A DNA stretch of 64,000 bases from the human T2T-CHM13v2.0 reference genome, Homo sapiens (GCF_009914755.1 NC_060926.1), one strand, 5' to 3'; shown: positions 1 through 16,790, numbered from the stretch's first letter. Made by a program: numbers and translations. Notes: generated from the letters alone by a model not told the origin.

Positions 1-3000
1 TTGAAATATATATTGAATCTCTGTTCCAGTTAACTGTAACAGCACTAAATTCTTCAACACAGAACACTGTAAGGCAAACACATAAATTCACCATAGGGAG
101 CCAATAAAAGGTGTTAGAAACAGGAGGAAAGTTACTGATAAAATGTGACAAGGTTTTCAAACAGAGGCAATATTGTTAATTTAAATTGCAGAGACCTTAT
201 TCACACTCACCAAAATACAAAGGAAAAAGATTGCAACTCATTTTGGAATATTTGGAAGATGAAACAGTCCTTGAACTCCCTGTACCTGAGTCAGAGTACA
301 TAGTCTAGCAACACTTATCAAAATTTATGCTCTACCACTAAGGAAATTGAACTTTATATCCTAGTAAGGCTGGTTTCCTTAGTCTTTTCTAAATTCATTA
401 TTTTTAGTACAGATTCCACATCCTTACTCATGTATCCTCTGATTTAGAATATTCTATGTCCTATCTTTAGTCTAATCAACTTTAGTTCTTCTATGTTCTT
501 TATTCTCAGCCTAAATCCTGCCTTCAAAGAAGCCTCCCCTAACTACCTGGCCCATATGAACTGTGCCTTTTCTGATTTTCTACCACACACACATAGACGC
601 TACTCACATGGCTCCTCTTGTACCCTGACTCCAACACTCCTTTATGCCTGTTGCGGTCTACAATCGAATGACAACTTTTCATTGTCCTCACATCTCTCAT
701 CTTCCCTCTGTACCTGGTGTAAGTGACCTCCATGGTTGATCATTAGAATCATTCCTTTGACTATATTTTCAACTCTTGCTTATAATACGTGCTTAACAAA
801 ACCCTGATCCAAGCAGTTTCAACTTTCTGCCTATGGTGCAACCGCCTTTACATAGCTGAGCATGACTGACTGAAAGAAAATGTCACCATGACACCTGGTC
901 TCATTTTGAATACATGATCACTAGCCTCGAGTGGGTTCTGCTTGACAATCTTTTCTTAGGTCCCTATTCCATTCACTCTTCCATTCTCCTAGACATCTAT
1001 ATCATGTTGTCTTGTGATTGTTTATTGGCTTGATCCCCAGTTATTTGAGAGTTTTTGCAAGTTATAAATGACTTGTGGGCAGGAGCCCATTGGCCCATGC
1101 CCCTTTTATATCCTTAATAACGCTAAGCACATGAGTGGTGCCCATGTAAATAGGCCAAGATCCTCTAATAGATTCCCTATCCCACTCTCAGTATATGGCA
1201 AGGAATTTCTGGAGACTAGGAAGTTTGACTAAGTGTAGAAGGCCCCAAAGTTATTTGAAATTTACCCTGATAGAGAATGCTGACAGTGAGGGTGGGGGGA
1301 AAGAAACAAATGAGGCTCCTTTGTATTCAGTGGGGGATAGCCAATCAAGGCAGCAAAAAGCTAATTGTTGGGAGGACCAGCTCTAGAGTCAGGTTGCCTG
1401 GGTTTTTCAGTTGGCATCGCTGGCAGCTGGCTTAGGGGATAATAAAATTGGTTGAAGTGAATTGCATTTTGAAAAAGCATGTAGGCAATTGGCCCTACTT
1501 TGGCAGTGGTGGAATTACTTTCATTTTACATCAAGGTAATCTGTTTTACAAACACAAATACAACTTCTGGGGAGGACAGTGATTTCTACAACTGGCCAGT
1601 CAAAACCTTGGGAAGGTGACACAGCTGGTGACCTGAACCAAGAAGGGCTTTGGTGCTGTTTGAGTTCAGGGTAGAACAGTCATCTATGTTCATCTGATAT
1701 GTCCTCCTCTTAACATTCTACCTCTTGTTGAGTTTTGTGCTAGGCACGAAAGAATATATAAGCCAAGTATAAGACATTGTCCTGTCTTCAAAAAGCTTAG
1801 CCTGGCTATGTAAGAGATTCTCAAAGGCACGTACTCTAAGTTGGGGACATGCTGCACAGTCAGGTGTTAGGTTGTGCGAGGTAGTAAGTGTTCAGAGAAG
1901 AAGGCAAACAGAATAGTTAGAAGCACAGGAACCTGGCCTAGTTAGCTGATGGGCTAATTTACTTTTCTGTGTTATCTGAGTACTGCCAAGGAATCCCGAG
2001 TTAATACATTTGTGTGCCTAGGTGTGGGAGGGGGCAAGATGATCGGCAGAGCCCAGTCCGTGATATTACTTCTGTAACTGTTTTGAAGTTTGTGTGTGAA
2101 TGTCTGCAAAATTTAATCAAAGTATTTGATCTAGAGATCTAATATTTTGGTAAACACTTGCTAGGGTAGCTTTCTGCTTTAAAAAGTAACATAGGAACTT
2201 AAGGATCCATCAATGTCATGTGCATATAAAATTCTTACCATTTTCCTCACTGCCAGACACACATACAAATGCTGGACTATTCCATATATTCCCCAGGGAA
2301 ATCTTGATGATGTCATGCATTTAAAGGTAAACCTTAGCTCTGGCTCTATAAGAAAACACATATAGCACAGATGGGTAACATGAGGGAAATAGATGAACTG
2401 GGACCAGTTGCCCAAGGACATACTCACCAACATTCACATTTCCTTTTGCTGCTCTCCATTGCTGTGGCCCTTAGAGCTGGCTTGGATGGAGGATGAATAG
2501 TATTCTGATATGACAGTCTCTAAAATCCCTGCCCACAAGGAAAGGGAGAGAGTAAGTTGTAGCTCAGGAGGTAACCAAGTTTAATAATGAATTTATTTTT
2601 AATTGTTCATTCTTTTTAAAAATTCAGTCACTGACTCTTCAGTCTCTTTAATGTTTAAATGTTATATTAGTTTGGGCAGAGACAGAAGGCAAGAGTGACA
2701 TCAATAATTAAAAATGAACTGTAAGGAGAGGCAGGAATGAAACACATTGTCCTTAGAACAGCATTTCTAACAAAGGCATGCCTGGGCTGCAGTTTCTCAC
2801 TGAAGTCACCTATTTCAAGAAGTTCCTGCCTGCCACCCCCGAATTAACTCTGCCAGGACCTGATGTAAACCAGTCCACATTACACTCTATGAGATTTCTT
2901 TTGAAAAGTAAAAAAAATTTCCTCTGTTCAAGGGAAGCATTCCTAGACTATAATACTGGATGAGGGAAAAGCCAATACCCAGTTAACATCAGCATATTTT

Positions 3001-3631
3001 GGCAAGAATCTGAGATCTGCATCCAGTTTGAATTAATTGGGATGGCTAGTAAGTGTTATTTTACCCTTCTTTGTCAAAGTTGGTCCCAGCAGTTACTAGT
3101 TCACTATAGTTTACATCATGTATTGCTAGTAAAAATAATAGCTAAGTTTTATTGAGCTCTTATTATGCACTGGTTGCTTGCTGAGCAAGCAGTCTAATTT
3201 GTACTGTTAATGTCAGTGAATGGCAGGTTTAACGAGGTTGACCGGAGATTGGTTGTGGATCTTCTAATCAAGGAGGGTTGAGTAAAGTGAAAATCCCAAG
3301 AAAGTGATGCACATATACCTTAAAACATGTAAATGTATATTTATCTGCCAACATTTTGATGTTTAGCCAAGATCTTTTCTTCTAGTATAGATTTGCTGAG
3401 TGGAGTTCTGCTTTGTTTTTTATTTTGTTTTGTTTTTGCCTTTCATAAGCCACACCCATAATTAGCAGTCAAAAATTTCCACATTTCCTTTCTTGAAAGA
3501 GCAGCAGCAACTTTAGTACACTTGGGATGCATCTTGATTGCAAAAGCTTTCTAGATTTTTACTATTGTTTCCACGATCTTTTCCATTCATCTAATTCACA
3601 CAATTACTTTTCAATGATTTGCTTTTTCTGA

Positions 3632-3937
<306 letters not shown>

Positions 3938-4054
3938 TAAAGCAGTTCAGGCTATTTTTTATACGTTTGCATGCATTTTCATCTCTTTAATTAAATGAAC
4001 TAATTATAATAACAAGTACAATGGGCATAAACAGTTTTAAGAATAAACACAATT

Positions 4055-4122
4055 GGCTGCTCTGCCTAGGGAGTAGCCATCCTTCATTCCTTTAATTTGT
4101 TCATAACAATAACAACAACAAA
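4055..4122 (+). mobile_element. Short A-tailed retrocopy of a MER41-like LTR R-region hairpin
   Basis: GGCTGCTCTGCCTAGGGAGTAGCCATCCTTCATTCCTTTAATTTG plus A/C-rich tail; TSD aataaacacaat at 4042-4053 and 4126-4137; TTTT/AA nick site at 4035-4040; similar to 50364-50417. Confidence 0.75.
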
Positions 4123-4208
4123 AATAATAAACACAATGACTTATTGAGAATTTGAATTTAATTGGTAGAAGCAGAAATGTGCACACATACAAGAGAGTAG
4201 ACTACTAG

Positions 4209-4691
<483 letters not shown>

Positions 4692-4980
4692 ACAGCTAGT
4701 TATTTAACCTCTCTAAACCTTAGTTTCTTCAAAATGAGAGAAATAATGTTCCCTACTTTCAGTGTTGCTATATTGGGATCAAGTGAAATCACTTAGGTAA
4801 GCACTGGCACATGGAAGGAGCTCAACAAACAGCACTTTTGAAAGAAATAAGAGCCAATCCATTTCTGTCCTTTGTTCACTATTATCAACAGTGCCATTTT
4901 TCTTACCTGAGAAGCCTTCCCTGCTCATGGTTTGGCTTAATCCTCACTTTTACCTTCATTTGGCTGTTACTCTATATTAA

Positions 4981-5313
<333 letters not shown>

Positions 5314-5544
5314 TAGGCAATTTGACTCAATAAATATCTAATTCTCACTCTAAACAAGACTGTAGTCAAAACTTTGAGATATAACAACAAATATGACACA
5401 GACTCTGTCTTAAATAATTTCCAGTCTAGTTAGTGATATAAAAGAGTACACCAATTCTATTATATGATGCATAAAAGCAGATGAAATTAATCTATGCTAT
5501 GTCAGAATAATGATGACCTTTTAAAGCAATGACAAAGAGGAAAA

Positions 5545-5690
5545 TTAAAGGAAGCCTCTGAAGGGCTGTGTGACTGATCTTCATGGTTATAATATAGATG
5601 TGTTCAATTTATTTTTTAAAAATCAAGCTATTGACTTATGATTTATTCACTTTTCTGTGTGTACATTATATATCAATAAAAGTCTTTACC
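5545..5690 (+). mobile_element. Old L1M 3' end fragment
   Basis: ttatgatttattcacttttctgtgtgtacattatatatcaataaaag resembles an L1ME-type 3' terminus. Confidence 0.5.
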
Positions 5691-5705
5691 AAAAAAATCA
5701 AAAGA

Positions 5706-6070
5706 GACCAGGCATGGTGGCTCATATCTGTAATTCCAGCACTTTGGGAGGCCAAGGCAGGAGAATTGCTTGAGCCTAGGATCTAGAGAATAGCCTGGGC
5801 AAAACGGTGAGACTCCATCTCTACAAAATGAAAAATAAAAAAATTAGTCAGGCATGGTGGCCTGCGCCTGTCCTAGTTACTTGGGAGGCTGAGGTGGGAA
5901 GATCACTTGAGCCCAGGAGGTTGAGGCTGCAGTGAGCTGTGATTGCGTCACTGCACTACTCCAGCCTGGGCAACAGAACAAGACCCCATCTCAAAAAAAA
6001 AAAAAAAAAAAAAAAGAAAAAGAAAAAAGAAAGAAAGAAAAGAACAAGAAAAAGAAAGAAAAGAAAAGAA
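5706..6070 (+). mobile_element. AluJ SINE with long A-rich tail
   Basis: Dimeric Alu, tail 5993-6070. Confidence 0.92.
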
Positions 6071-6103
6071 TTAGCTCTTTAGTGAAAAATAAAAGATGAG
6101 CAT

Positions 6104-6174
6104 GAGAGGAGGGGCCAAGATGGCCAAACAGGAACAACTCCGGTCTGCAGCTCCCAGCGAGACCAATGCAGGAG
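6104..6174 (+). mobile_element. L1PA (PA7/PA8-like) extreme 5' end with YY1 promoter motif
   Basis: GGCCAAGATGGCCAAACAGGAACAACTCCGGTCTGCAGCTCCCAGCGAGACCAATGCAG; contains CAAGATGGCC YY1 site. Confidence 0.85.
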
Positions 6175-6716
6175 CTCAACTCAATCAGACTTCATTAGAA
6201 CTCGCCTGTAAAAGTCAAATACCTGTCCACGCCTTTCAACTCCAGAGAAGATATATCCAAGCTTTCTGAACATGCACAGTGCTCCTCCTTTCAGATGCTC
6301 TGCTTCTCTCAAAATGGACACTGACCAGGATCTTCAGAGAATTCCTCCATAGAGGTATCTCCCATCAATTCTCACTGCAGTTTAGTGGGAAGCAACATAT
6401 GGCAGAACACACTTTATAATTTTTCAGCATGCCCTTCCTGCAAGGTTTCACATAACACTTTAGACTTTAGGAGCTGGTCTGAGTTGGGAAGTTCGAAACA
6501 ATAAGAAACTGGTTTGGAACCTGAATGGCAAAAATGTCTGAGGTTTATGGAAATCCAAAGAAACAGGCAATGATATTGGTCTTCTAAAGACTTCTAAACC
6601 TGGAATGTGGTCAATAGAAGCTACATAAAGGCAAAATGTTACCATTTCTATATTCATACATAGCATAAGTATCCCTTGTGTTTATATTTGCTTTTATATT
6701 TGGAAAACAATAAATG

Positions 6717-7695
6717 ACAAAGAAACCATCTCAATAAAAAACAGGCAACCTACAGAACAGGAGAAAATATTTGCAAACTATGCACCTGACAAAGGTCAGA
6801 TATCCAGCATCTCTAAGGAACACAAACAAATTTACAAGAAAAAAACAAACAGCCCCATTAAAAAGTGGGCAAAAGACATGACACTTTTCAAAAGAAGACA
6901 TATATGCTACCAACAAGCATATAAAAAAAGTCTCGACATCACCAGTCATTAGAGAAATGTAAGTCAAAACCACAATGAGATACCATCTCACTCCAAAATT
7001 GCTTTTATTAAAAAGTCAAACCATAACCAATGCTGGCAAGGTTGGAGGTAAAAGAGAATGCTTATACACTGCTAGTGGGAATGCAAATTAGTTCAACCAT
7101 TGTGGAAAGCAGTGTGGCAATACCTCAAATAACTAAAAACAAAACTAACATTCAACCCAGCAACTCCATTGTTGGGTATATACCCAAAGGAATATAAATC
7201 ATTCTGCCATAAAGACACGTGCACATGTATGCTCGTTGCAGCACTATTCACAATAGCAAAGACATTGATTCAACTGAAATGGCTGTCAACAATAGACTGG
7301 ATTTAAAAAAAAAAGTGGTACTTATGTACTGTGGAATACTACGCAGCCATGAAAAAGAATGAGCACATGTCCTTTGCAGCAACATAGATGGAGCTGAAGG
7401 CCATTATCCTTAGCAAACTAACACGGGAACAGAAAACCAATTACCACATGTTCTCACTTATAAGTGGGAGTTACATGATAAGAACTATGAACACAAAGAA
7501 GGAAACAACAGATACTGGGGGCTACTTCAGGGGAGAGGGTGGGAGGAGAGAAAGAATCAGGAAGAATACTTATTGGGTACTATGCTTATTACTGGGTGAT
7601 AAAATAATCTGTATATCAAATCCCCATGACACGAGTATATCTGCATAACAAACTTTGCACATGTACCTCTGAACCTTAAGTAAAAGTTAAAAGAA
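6717..7695 (+). mobile_element. L1PA13-16-like 3' fragment (ORF2 C-terminus and 3'UTR)
   Basis: aaaaccacaatgagataccatctcac; MELKAIILSKLT-type ORF2 end; G-rich 3'UTR ending gaaccttaagtaaaagttaaaa. Confidence 0.9.
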
Positions 7696-7706
7696 ATAAA
7701 CTATTA

Positions 7707-8048
<342 letters not shown>

Positions 8049-8219
8049 TTATGGTTGCAGTCATGAATAATGAAACTCGAATTGTAAAATATTTTTTAAT
8101 GATTTTTTTGATGATTATTTTGCAAATTAGTTACTATAGAGATCAAAATTTCTGGTAACTATTTACTGAACACCATAAGAAAAAAAATATGGTATACTTT
8201 AATCAAACCAAAGTACTAG

Positions 8220-8537
<318 letters not shown>

Positions 8538-8633
8538 TCAAATTTTTAAATAACTGTGTACCTTAGATTTTTTATTTAAAGTTATTCTCTTTAATAAACA
8601 AAATTTTCAGTTACCTAAATTCTTGCATATTAA

Positions 8634-8681
8634 ATCTGTGAAACCGGTTTGTGATGTGTGGATTCATCTCACAGAGTTAAA
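8634..8681. repeat. Isolated alpha-satellite monomer fragment
   Basis: ATCTGTGAAACCGGTTTGTGATGTGTGGATTCATCTCACAGAGTTAAA matches the alphoid motif GAAAC..TTTGTGATGTGTG.ATTCA.CTCACAGAGTT.AA. Confidence 0.75.
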
Positions 8682-9130
8682 TTCTAGGGATATCTGGATG
8701 TAAGAGTTAAGATTGTTTCCCAAAGAAGCTCTTCATTCAACCAACACGTATTTAAGTATCTTCTGTATGTCAGGCACATTAAGGAACTCAAAGAATTTGG
8801 AAAATGTTTCTTAAGTAAATTGATGGGGTTTCAAATTGTAGACATTAGCAACAAAGATGTGGATGGGTACCTTTAATGACAGTTGTCAGATCATGGGATA
8901 ATTTAAAGTGGTCTCACAATCAACTTGGTTCAATGTTCTATAAACGTAGTGCTTGGGCTTTTTGTTGTTTTTCTGAAACTAGCTTTAGCACCTGGGTTTT
9001 ATATGAAGCCAGAAACTGACTTGCTAAAATACCCTCTGAAAAGCAGTGTGGGTATTGGGTTTACAAAACAACCTTGAATTATTTTTTAATTACTGAAAGG
9101 TTGTGGGTTTTATTTCCTGTGCTCTGGACA

Positions 9131-9638
<508 letters not shown>

Positions 9639-10584
9639 AAAGCACAGTCCAAGATATTAGTAATTATCTTTCCCAAGGGTGCTTGATCCTCCCAACAGCA
9701 CAATTTAATGCTGAATACATGTTTTGTACAAAGAATACTGACATTTTATGTCAATTATTTGGCTGAAGTTTCTCAGGAACTTGGTGGGGAGAATAAGGAC
9801 TCCTGTATCATTAATTCAGTTAGATTCCATATGTATTTATTGGCCACTTACTAAGTGTCAAAGTCTGCTAGTGTAGGGAGTACGTTGGGGAAGATGGTCT
9901 TTGTTTTGGAGAAACTCATAGGCAATTGGGTTTCATTTAAGAATTATTAATATATTTTTATTTTCCCCATAGAGTACTATATAGCTTACAATTATGTTGA
10001 TAGTGAAATGACTAGATGTTCTTTCATTTGCACATTGCTTCAACTAATGTTTATTGAAGACTCTTTTTGAATTTAAGCTCCTTAAGAGCAGAAAAAAATA
10101 CCTTTCATCTCTCTCTCCCCACATATGAAGTCCAGTATACAAAGGAGTCAAATAATATTTATTGAAATAAAAAAGAATGAATAAATAAAAGAATGCCAGG
10201 CAGGTACTAGATGTTATGATTTCAATATGATGGCTTCCATTGGCAAGTTCACAGTTTAACCACAAGATTAAACATATGTTATCTACCTAGTATAACACTG
10301 TATTTCCCAGAATGTGTTCCATGGAAACTCTAGCCTTGAGGAATAATCTAAGAAAAGATAAGTCCATAGTCAAATTAAGTATGTGGAAATTTATGTGTAG
10401 ATTTGCAATTCACTCCAGGATATTCAAGCCTCTGAGAAGTCCTGAAGTAAAGAAACTTAATTAACCTACTATTTGCCAAATTAATTTTATTTGCTCTGTT
10501 TGCATAATATCCACTAACATGTCACAGAGCTAATGTTCTGAAAAAACACACTTCAGACATCTACCATAGAGAAATGATAATTAT

Positions 10585-11344
<760 letters not shown>

Positions 11345-11612
11345 GGCTGGACATTGTGGGTCACATCTATAACCCCAGCACTTTGGGAGGCCGAGGCAGG
11401 AGGATTGTTTGAGCCTAGGAGAACGAGACCAGCCTGGACAACATAGCAAGACCCAGCCCCTCAAATAAATAAATTTTTAAAAAAATTAGCGAGGCATGGT
11501 GGCTCATGCCTGTAGTCCTTGCTACTCAGCAGGCTGAGGCAAGAGGATCGCTGAGCTCAGAAGTTAGAGGCTGCAGAGAGCAATGATCTTGTGAGAGCAT
11601 GTCTTTAAAAAT
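11345..11612 (+). mobile_element. AluJ with right-arm deletion
   Basis: TSD aaaattctaaagga on both sides. Confidence 0.88.
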
Positions 11613-12085
11613 AAAATTCTAAAGGAAATGCAGACAACAGTAACACAAGGTACTGAGGGCAGCAGGGAGGAGAAGTTAAAGTTTTTGTGTGCAATTCAAC
11701 TCAAGTTGTTATCAGCTTAAATTAGACTGTTATAATTACAAGATATTTTATGCAAATCCCAAGTTAATCCCCAACAACATATCTATAAAAGTAACACAAG
11801 AGAAAAAGAGAAAGGAATCAAAGCATATCGATACAAAAAATCAACAAAACACAAAAGGATGACAGCAAGAGAGGAAGACAGACACACACACAAAAAAACT
11901 ACAAGACTAACAGGAAACAATTAACAAAATGGCAACAGTAAATCTTTCCCTGTCAATGAGTACTTTAAATGTCAATGGAATAACTATCCAATCAAAAGAC
12001 ATAAAGTGGCTGAATGGATTTAAAAAAAAATACCCAACTCTATGCTATCTACAAGGAACTCACTTTGGATTTAAGGATACATATA

Positions 12086-12136
12086 AGCCTGGGCGACAGA
12101 GCAAGACTCCATCTCAAAATAAATAAATAAATAAAT
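12086..12136 (+). mobile_element. Alu 3'-terminal fragment with (TAAA)n tail
   Basis: agcctgggcgacagagcaagactccatctcaaaataaataaa. Confidence 0.85.
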
Positions 12137-12831
12137 ACATGTACACCCAACATCGGAGTACCTAAATATGTAAAGCAAATATTGACAACATATTAATAAT
12201 AGTAGGAGACCTTAATACTTTACTTGCAGTAATGGATAGGACATCCAGATAGAAGATCATTAAGGAAACAGAGAACTTGAACAACATTATAGACCAAAGG
12301 GGCCTAACAGACATATATAAAACATTCCATCCATCAGCAACAGAATATACATTCTTCTCAAGTGCACACGGAATTTCCTTCAGGAAAGATCACATTAGGT
12401 CACAAAAAAATGTCTTCACAAACTTAGGAAGACTGAGATATCATATATCTTTTGTGATCACAATGGTATGAAACTAGAAATCAATAACAGGAGGAAAACT
12501 GAAAAATGTACTAATGTGGAAATTAAACAATATACTCTTAAATAACCACTGGGTCAAAGAAGAAATCCAAAAGGAAATTAGAAAATACCTTAAGATAAGT
12601 GAAAATGAAAACACAACATACAAAAACTTATGGGATACAGCAAAAGCAATACTAAGAACAAAGTTTATTGTGATAAATGTCTACATTAAAAAGAAGAAAG
12701 ATCTCAAATAAAGATGTCAAATAAAAAACCTATTTTTACACCTCAGGGAGTTAGAAAATGAATAAACCAAGCCCAAAGTTAGCAGAAAGAAGAAAATAGG
12801 AAAGATTAGGGCAGAATTAAGCATAATTGAA

Positions 12832-13129
12832 TTTTTTTTTTTTTTTTTGACACAGAGCCTTGCTCTGTCACCCAGGCTGGAGTGCAATGGTGCCATCTCA
12901 TTCACTACAACCTCCAGCTCTCAGGTTCAAGTGATTCTCCTGCCTCAGCCTCCCAAGTAGCTGGGATTACAGCCACGCGCCACCAAGCCTGGCTAATTTT
13001 TGTATTTTTAGTAGAGACGGGGTTTCACCATGTTGGCCAGGCTGGTCTCGAACTCCTGACCTCAGGTGATCTGCCTGCCTCAGCCTCCCAAAGTGCTGGG
13101 ATTACAGATGTGAGCCACCACACCTGGCC
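12832..13129 (-). mobile_element. AluS SINE
   Basis: Full Alu; aattgaa flanks. Confidence 0.93.
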
Positions 13130-13944
13130 GGAATTGAAAACTGGAAAAACAAAAAACAAAAAAATCTACAAAACCACTGAGTTGTTTTTTGAAGAGATAA
13201 ACAAAATTGACAAACTCTTAGCTAGACCAATTAAGAAAAAAGATAAGGAGAATCAAGTAAATCAGAAATGAAAGAGTAGACATTACAATCGATACCACAG
13301 AAATAAAAAGGATCATAAGAGACTACTATGAACAATTATATACCAACAAACTGAATAACCTAGAGGAAACAGATAAATTTCTGGAAACATATAACCTACT
13401 AAAACTAGAAGATATAGAAAGACAGAGAAAGACTAGAAGACATAAAAAGACACAGAAAATCTGAACAGACATATAAGTAGTGTGAAAATTGAATCAATAA
13501 TCAAAAACCTCCCCCAACCAGGAACAGATGACTTAACTGATACCAAATATTTAAAGAATATATTCTTTATGTTATATATATATGGAGAGAGAGAGAGAGA
13601 GAGAGAGAGAACAGATGGCTTAACTGATACCAAATATTTAAATACCAAAGATTTAAAGAAGCATTAATGGCAATCCTTCTTAAATTCTTACAAAAAATTG
13701 AATAAGAGGAAACACCTTAAAACTTGTTTCATGAGGCCATGAAACAAAGCCTGATACTAAAGGCAGACAAGACAATACACGAAAACTACAGGCCAATATC
13801 CTTGATAAATAGAAATGCAAAAATTTTCAACAAAATAGCAAACCAACTCCAACAGTACATTCAAGGTATCATATGCCATGACCAAGTGGGATTTATCCCT
13901 GGGATGAAAGGATGGTTTGACACACAAAAATCAATTAATGTGAT

Positions 13945-14309
13945 TGATATGGTTGGCTATGTCCCCACCCAAATCTCCTCTTGAATTGTAGCTCCCATAA
14001 TTCCCTCATGTTGTGAGAGCAAGCCAGTAAGAGATAACTGAATCATGGGGGCAGTTTCCCCCATACTGTTCTCATGGTAGTGAATAAGTCTCATGAGATC
14101 TGATGGTTTTATAAGGGGAAACCCCTTTCGCTTGGCTCTCATTCTCTTCTCTTGTCTGCCGCCATGTGAGGTGTGTCTTTTGCCTTCCACCATAATGTGA
14201 GGCCTCCCCAGCCATGTAGAACTGTGAGTCCATTAAACCTCTTTCTTTGTAAATTGCCCAGTCTCAGGTATGTGTTTATCAGAAGCATGAGTGAAAATGG
14301 ACTAATACG
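13945..14309 (+). mobile_element. THE1 (MaLR) solo LTR
   Basis: tgatatggttggctatgtccccacccaaatctc...gaaaatggactaatacg; 5-bp TSD gtgat at 13940-13944 and 14310-14314. Confidence 0.93.
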
Positions 14310-14562
14310 GTGATATACCACATGAACACAGTAAAGGGTCAAAATTCCATGAGTATCTCAATACATGCACAAAGATCATTTGACAAAATTAAGCACTCTT
14401 TCATGATCAAAACTCTTAACAAACTAGGAATAGAAGGAAAGTATCTGAACATAATGAAGGCCATATATTAAAAGCCCACAGCTAAGATTATCTCAATGGT
14501 GAAAGCTAAAATCTTTTCCTCCAAGATCAAGAACAAAACAAGGATGCCTATTCTTATCACTT

Positions 14563-14888
14563 CTTTTCTTTCGTTTTTTTTTCTTTTTTTTTCTTTTTTT
14601 TTTTTTGAGACAGGGTATCACTCTTTCACTCAGGCTGGAGTTCAGTGGCACAATCATGGTTCACTGTAACCTCAGCCTCCCAGGCTCAAGCAGTTTTCTC
14701 ACCACAGCCTCCTGAGTAGCTGGGACTACAGGCGCATGCCCCCACATCTGGCTAATTTTTGTATTTTTTGTAGAGGCAAGGTTTCACCATGTTACCCAGG
14801 CTGGTGTCGAACTTCTGGGCTCAAGCCATCTGCCCTCCTCAGCCTCCCAAAGTGCTGGGATTATAGGCATGAGCCACTGCAGTTGGGC
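14563..14888 (-). mobile_element. AluJ SINE
   Basis: Full Alu, first of a tandem pair. Confidence 0.9.
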
Positions 14889-14891
14889 TAG

Positions 14892-15225
<334 letters not shown>

Positions 15226-16639
15226 TAGTTCTTTTCAACATAGTCCTTGAAGTCCTAGCCAGAGCAATCAGACAAGAAAAAGAAATAAAAACATCCAAGT
15301 TGGAAAGAAAGAAGTAAAATTGTCCCTGCTTGCAGACTACATAATATTTTATATACATAGAGAAAGAGAAGGAGAGAAAACCCCAAGACCCCATAAACAA
15401 AAATGATTAGAACCAATAACCTAATTAAGTAAATTTGTCCGATACGAAATCAACATAGAAAAATCAGATGCACTTTAATACACTAACAATGAACTATCTG
15501 AAAAGGAAATTAGGAAAACAATCTCATATATAAAGCACCAAAAAAATAAAATATTAATGAATAAACTCAGCTAAGGAACTGAAAGATTTGTATACCGAAA
15601 ACTACAAAATACTAATTAAAGACATTAAGAAAAATATAAACAAAACAAAAGACATCCTGTGTTTATGGCTTGAAAGACAATATTGTTAAAACGTTCATAC
15701 TATGCAAAGTGATCTACAGATTCAATGAAGTTCCTGTTAAAATCCCAACAGCATTCTTTGCAAAATTAGAAAAAAAGATTTATAATTCATATGGAACCAC
15801 AAAAGACCACAAACAGTCAAATCAATTTTGAGGAAAAACAAAGCTGGAGGCATCAGACTTCCTGATTTCAAAATATATTATAAATCTATTATCATCACAA
15901 CAGTATGGTACTGGCATAAAGACAAACATATAGACCAATGGGACAGAAAAGAGAGCCCACAAATAAACCCACATATACAGTAAACTGGTTTTCAATAAGG
16001 GTGCCAAGAACAGGCAATGGAGAAAGAATAGTCTATTCAGTGAATGTTGTTTTAAAAACTGGGTGTTCACATGCAAAAGAATGAAATTGGACTCTTACTC
16101 CATACACAAAAATCTACTGAAAATGGATGAAAGATATAAATGTAAGACTTGAAACTGCAAAACTACTAGAAAAAAAAAGGAAGAATAGCAGAAAAGCTTC
16201 ATGACATTGGTCTTGGCAATGATTTCATAGAAACGATACCAAAGCACAGACAACAAAAGCAAAAGTAAACAAATAGGACTAAATCAAACTAAAGTTTTTG
16301 CGCAGCAAAGAAACTATCAACATAGTGAAAAGGCAACTTCAGAATGGTTTTTGCTAGCCATATATCTGATAAGGAGTTTATCTCCAAAATATGTACAGAA
16401 CTCATGCAACTGAGTAGTAAAAAAAAAAAAAAAAAAAAAAAAAAACCATCAGATTTAAAAATGGGCTAAGGACTTGAACAGACACTTATCCAAAGAAGGC
16501 ATACAAATGGCCAACAGGTATATGAAAAAATGCTCAAGGTCACAAGTCATCAGGGAAATGCAAGTCAAAACCACAATGAGATATTAACTCACACTTGTCA
16601 AGATGGCTATTCTGAAAACAAAACAAAACAAAATACAAC

Positions 16640-16790
16640 GGCAAGGGGTAGTACTGAACGCCTGTAATCCTCCACTTTGGGAGGCCGGAGTTGAGGGTCA
16701 CTTGAGCTCAGGAGTTTGAGAACAGCCTGGGCAACATAGTGAGACCCCGTCTCTGTAAAATAAATAAACAAACAAACAAATAAATAAAAG
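16640..16790 (+). mobile_element. FLAM/Alu monomer
   Basis: Single Alu left arm with A-rich tail. Confidence 0.8.

Noticed and set aside
450-3200. Faint L2/MIR-like patches and possible exons
   Set aside because: Too degenerate to bound or name reliably by eye
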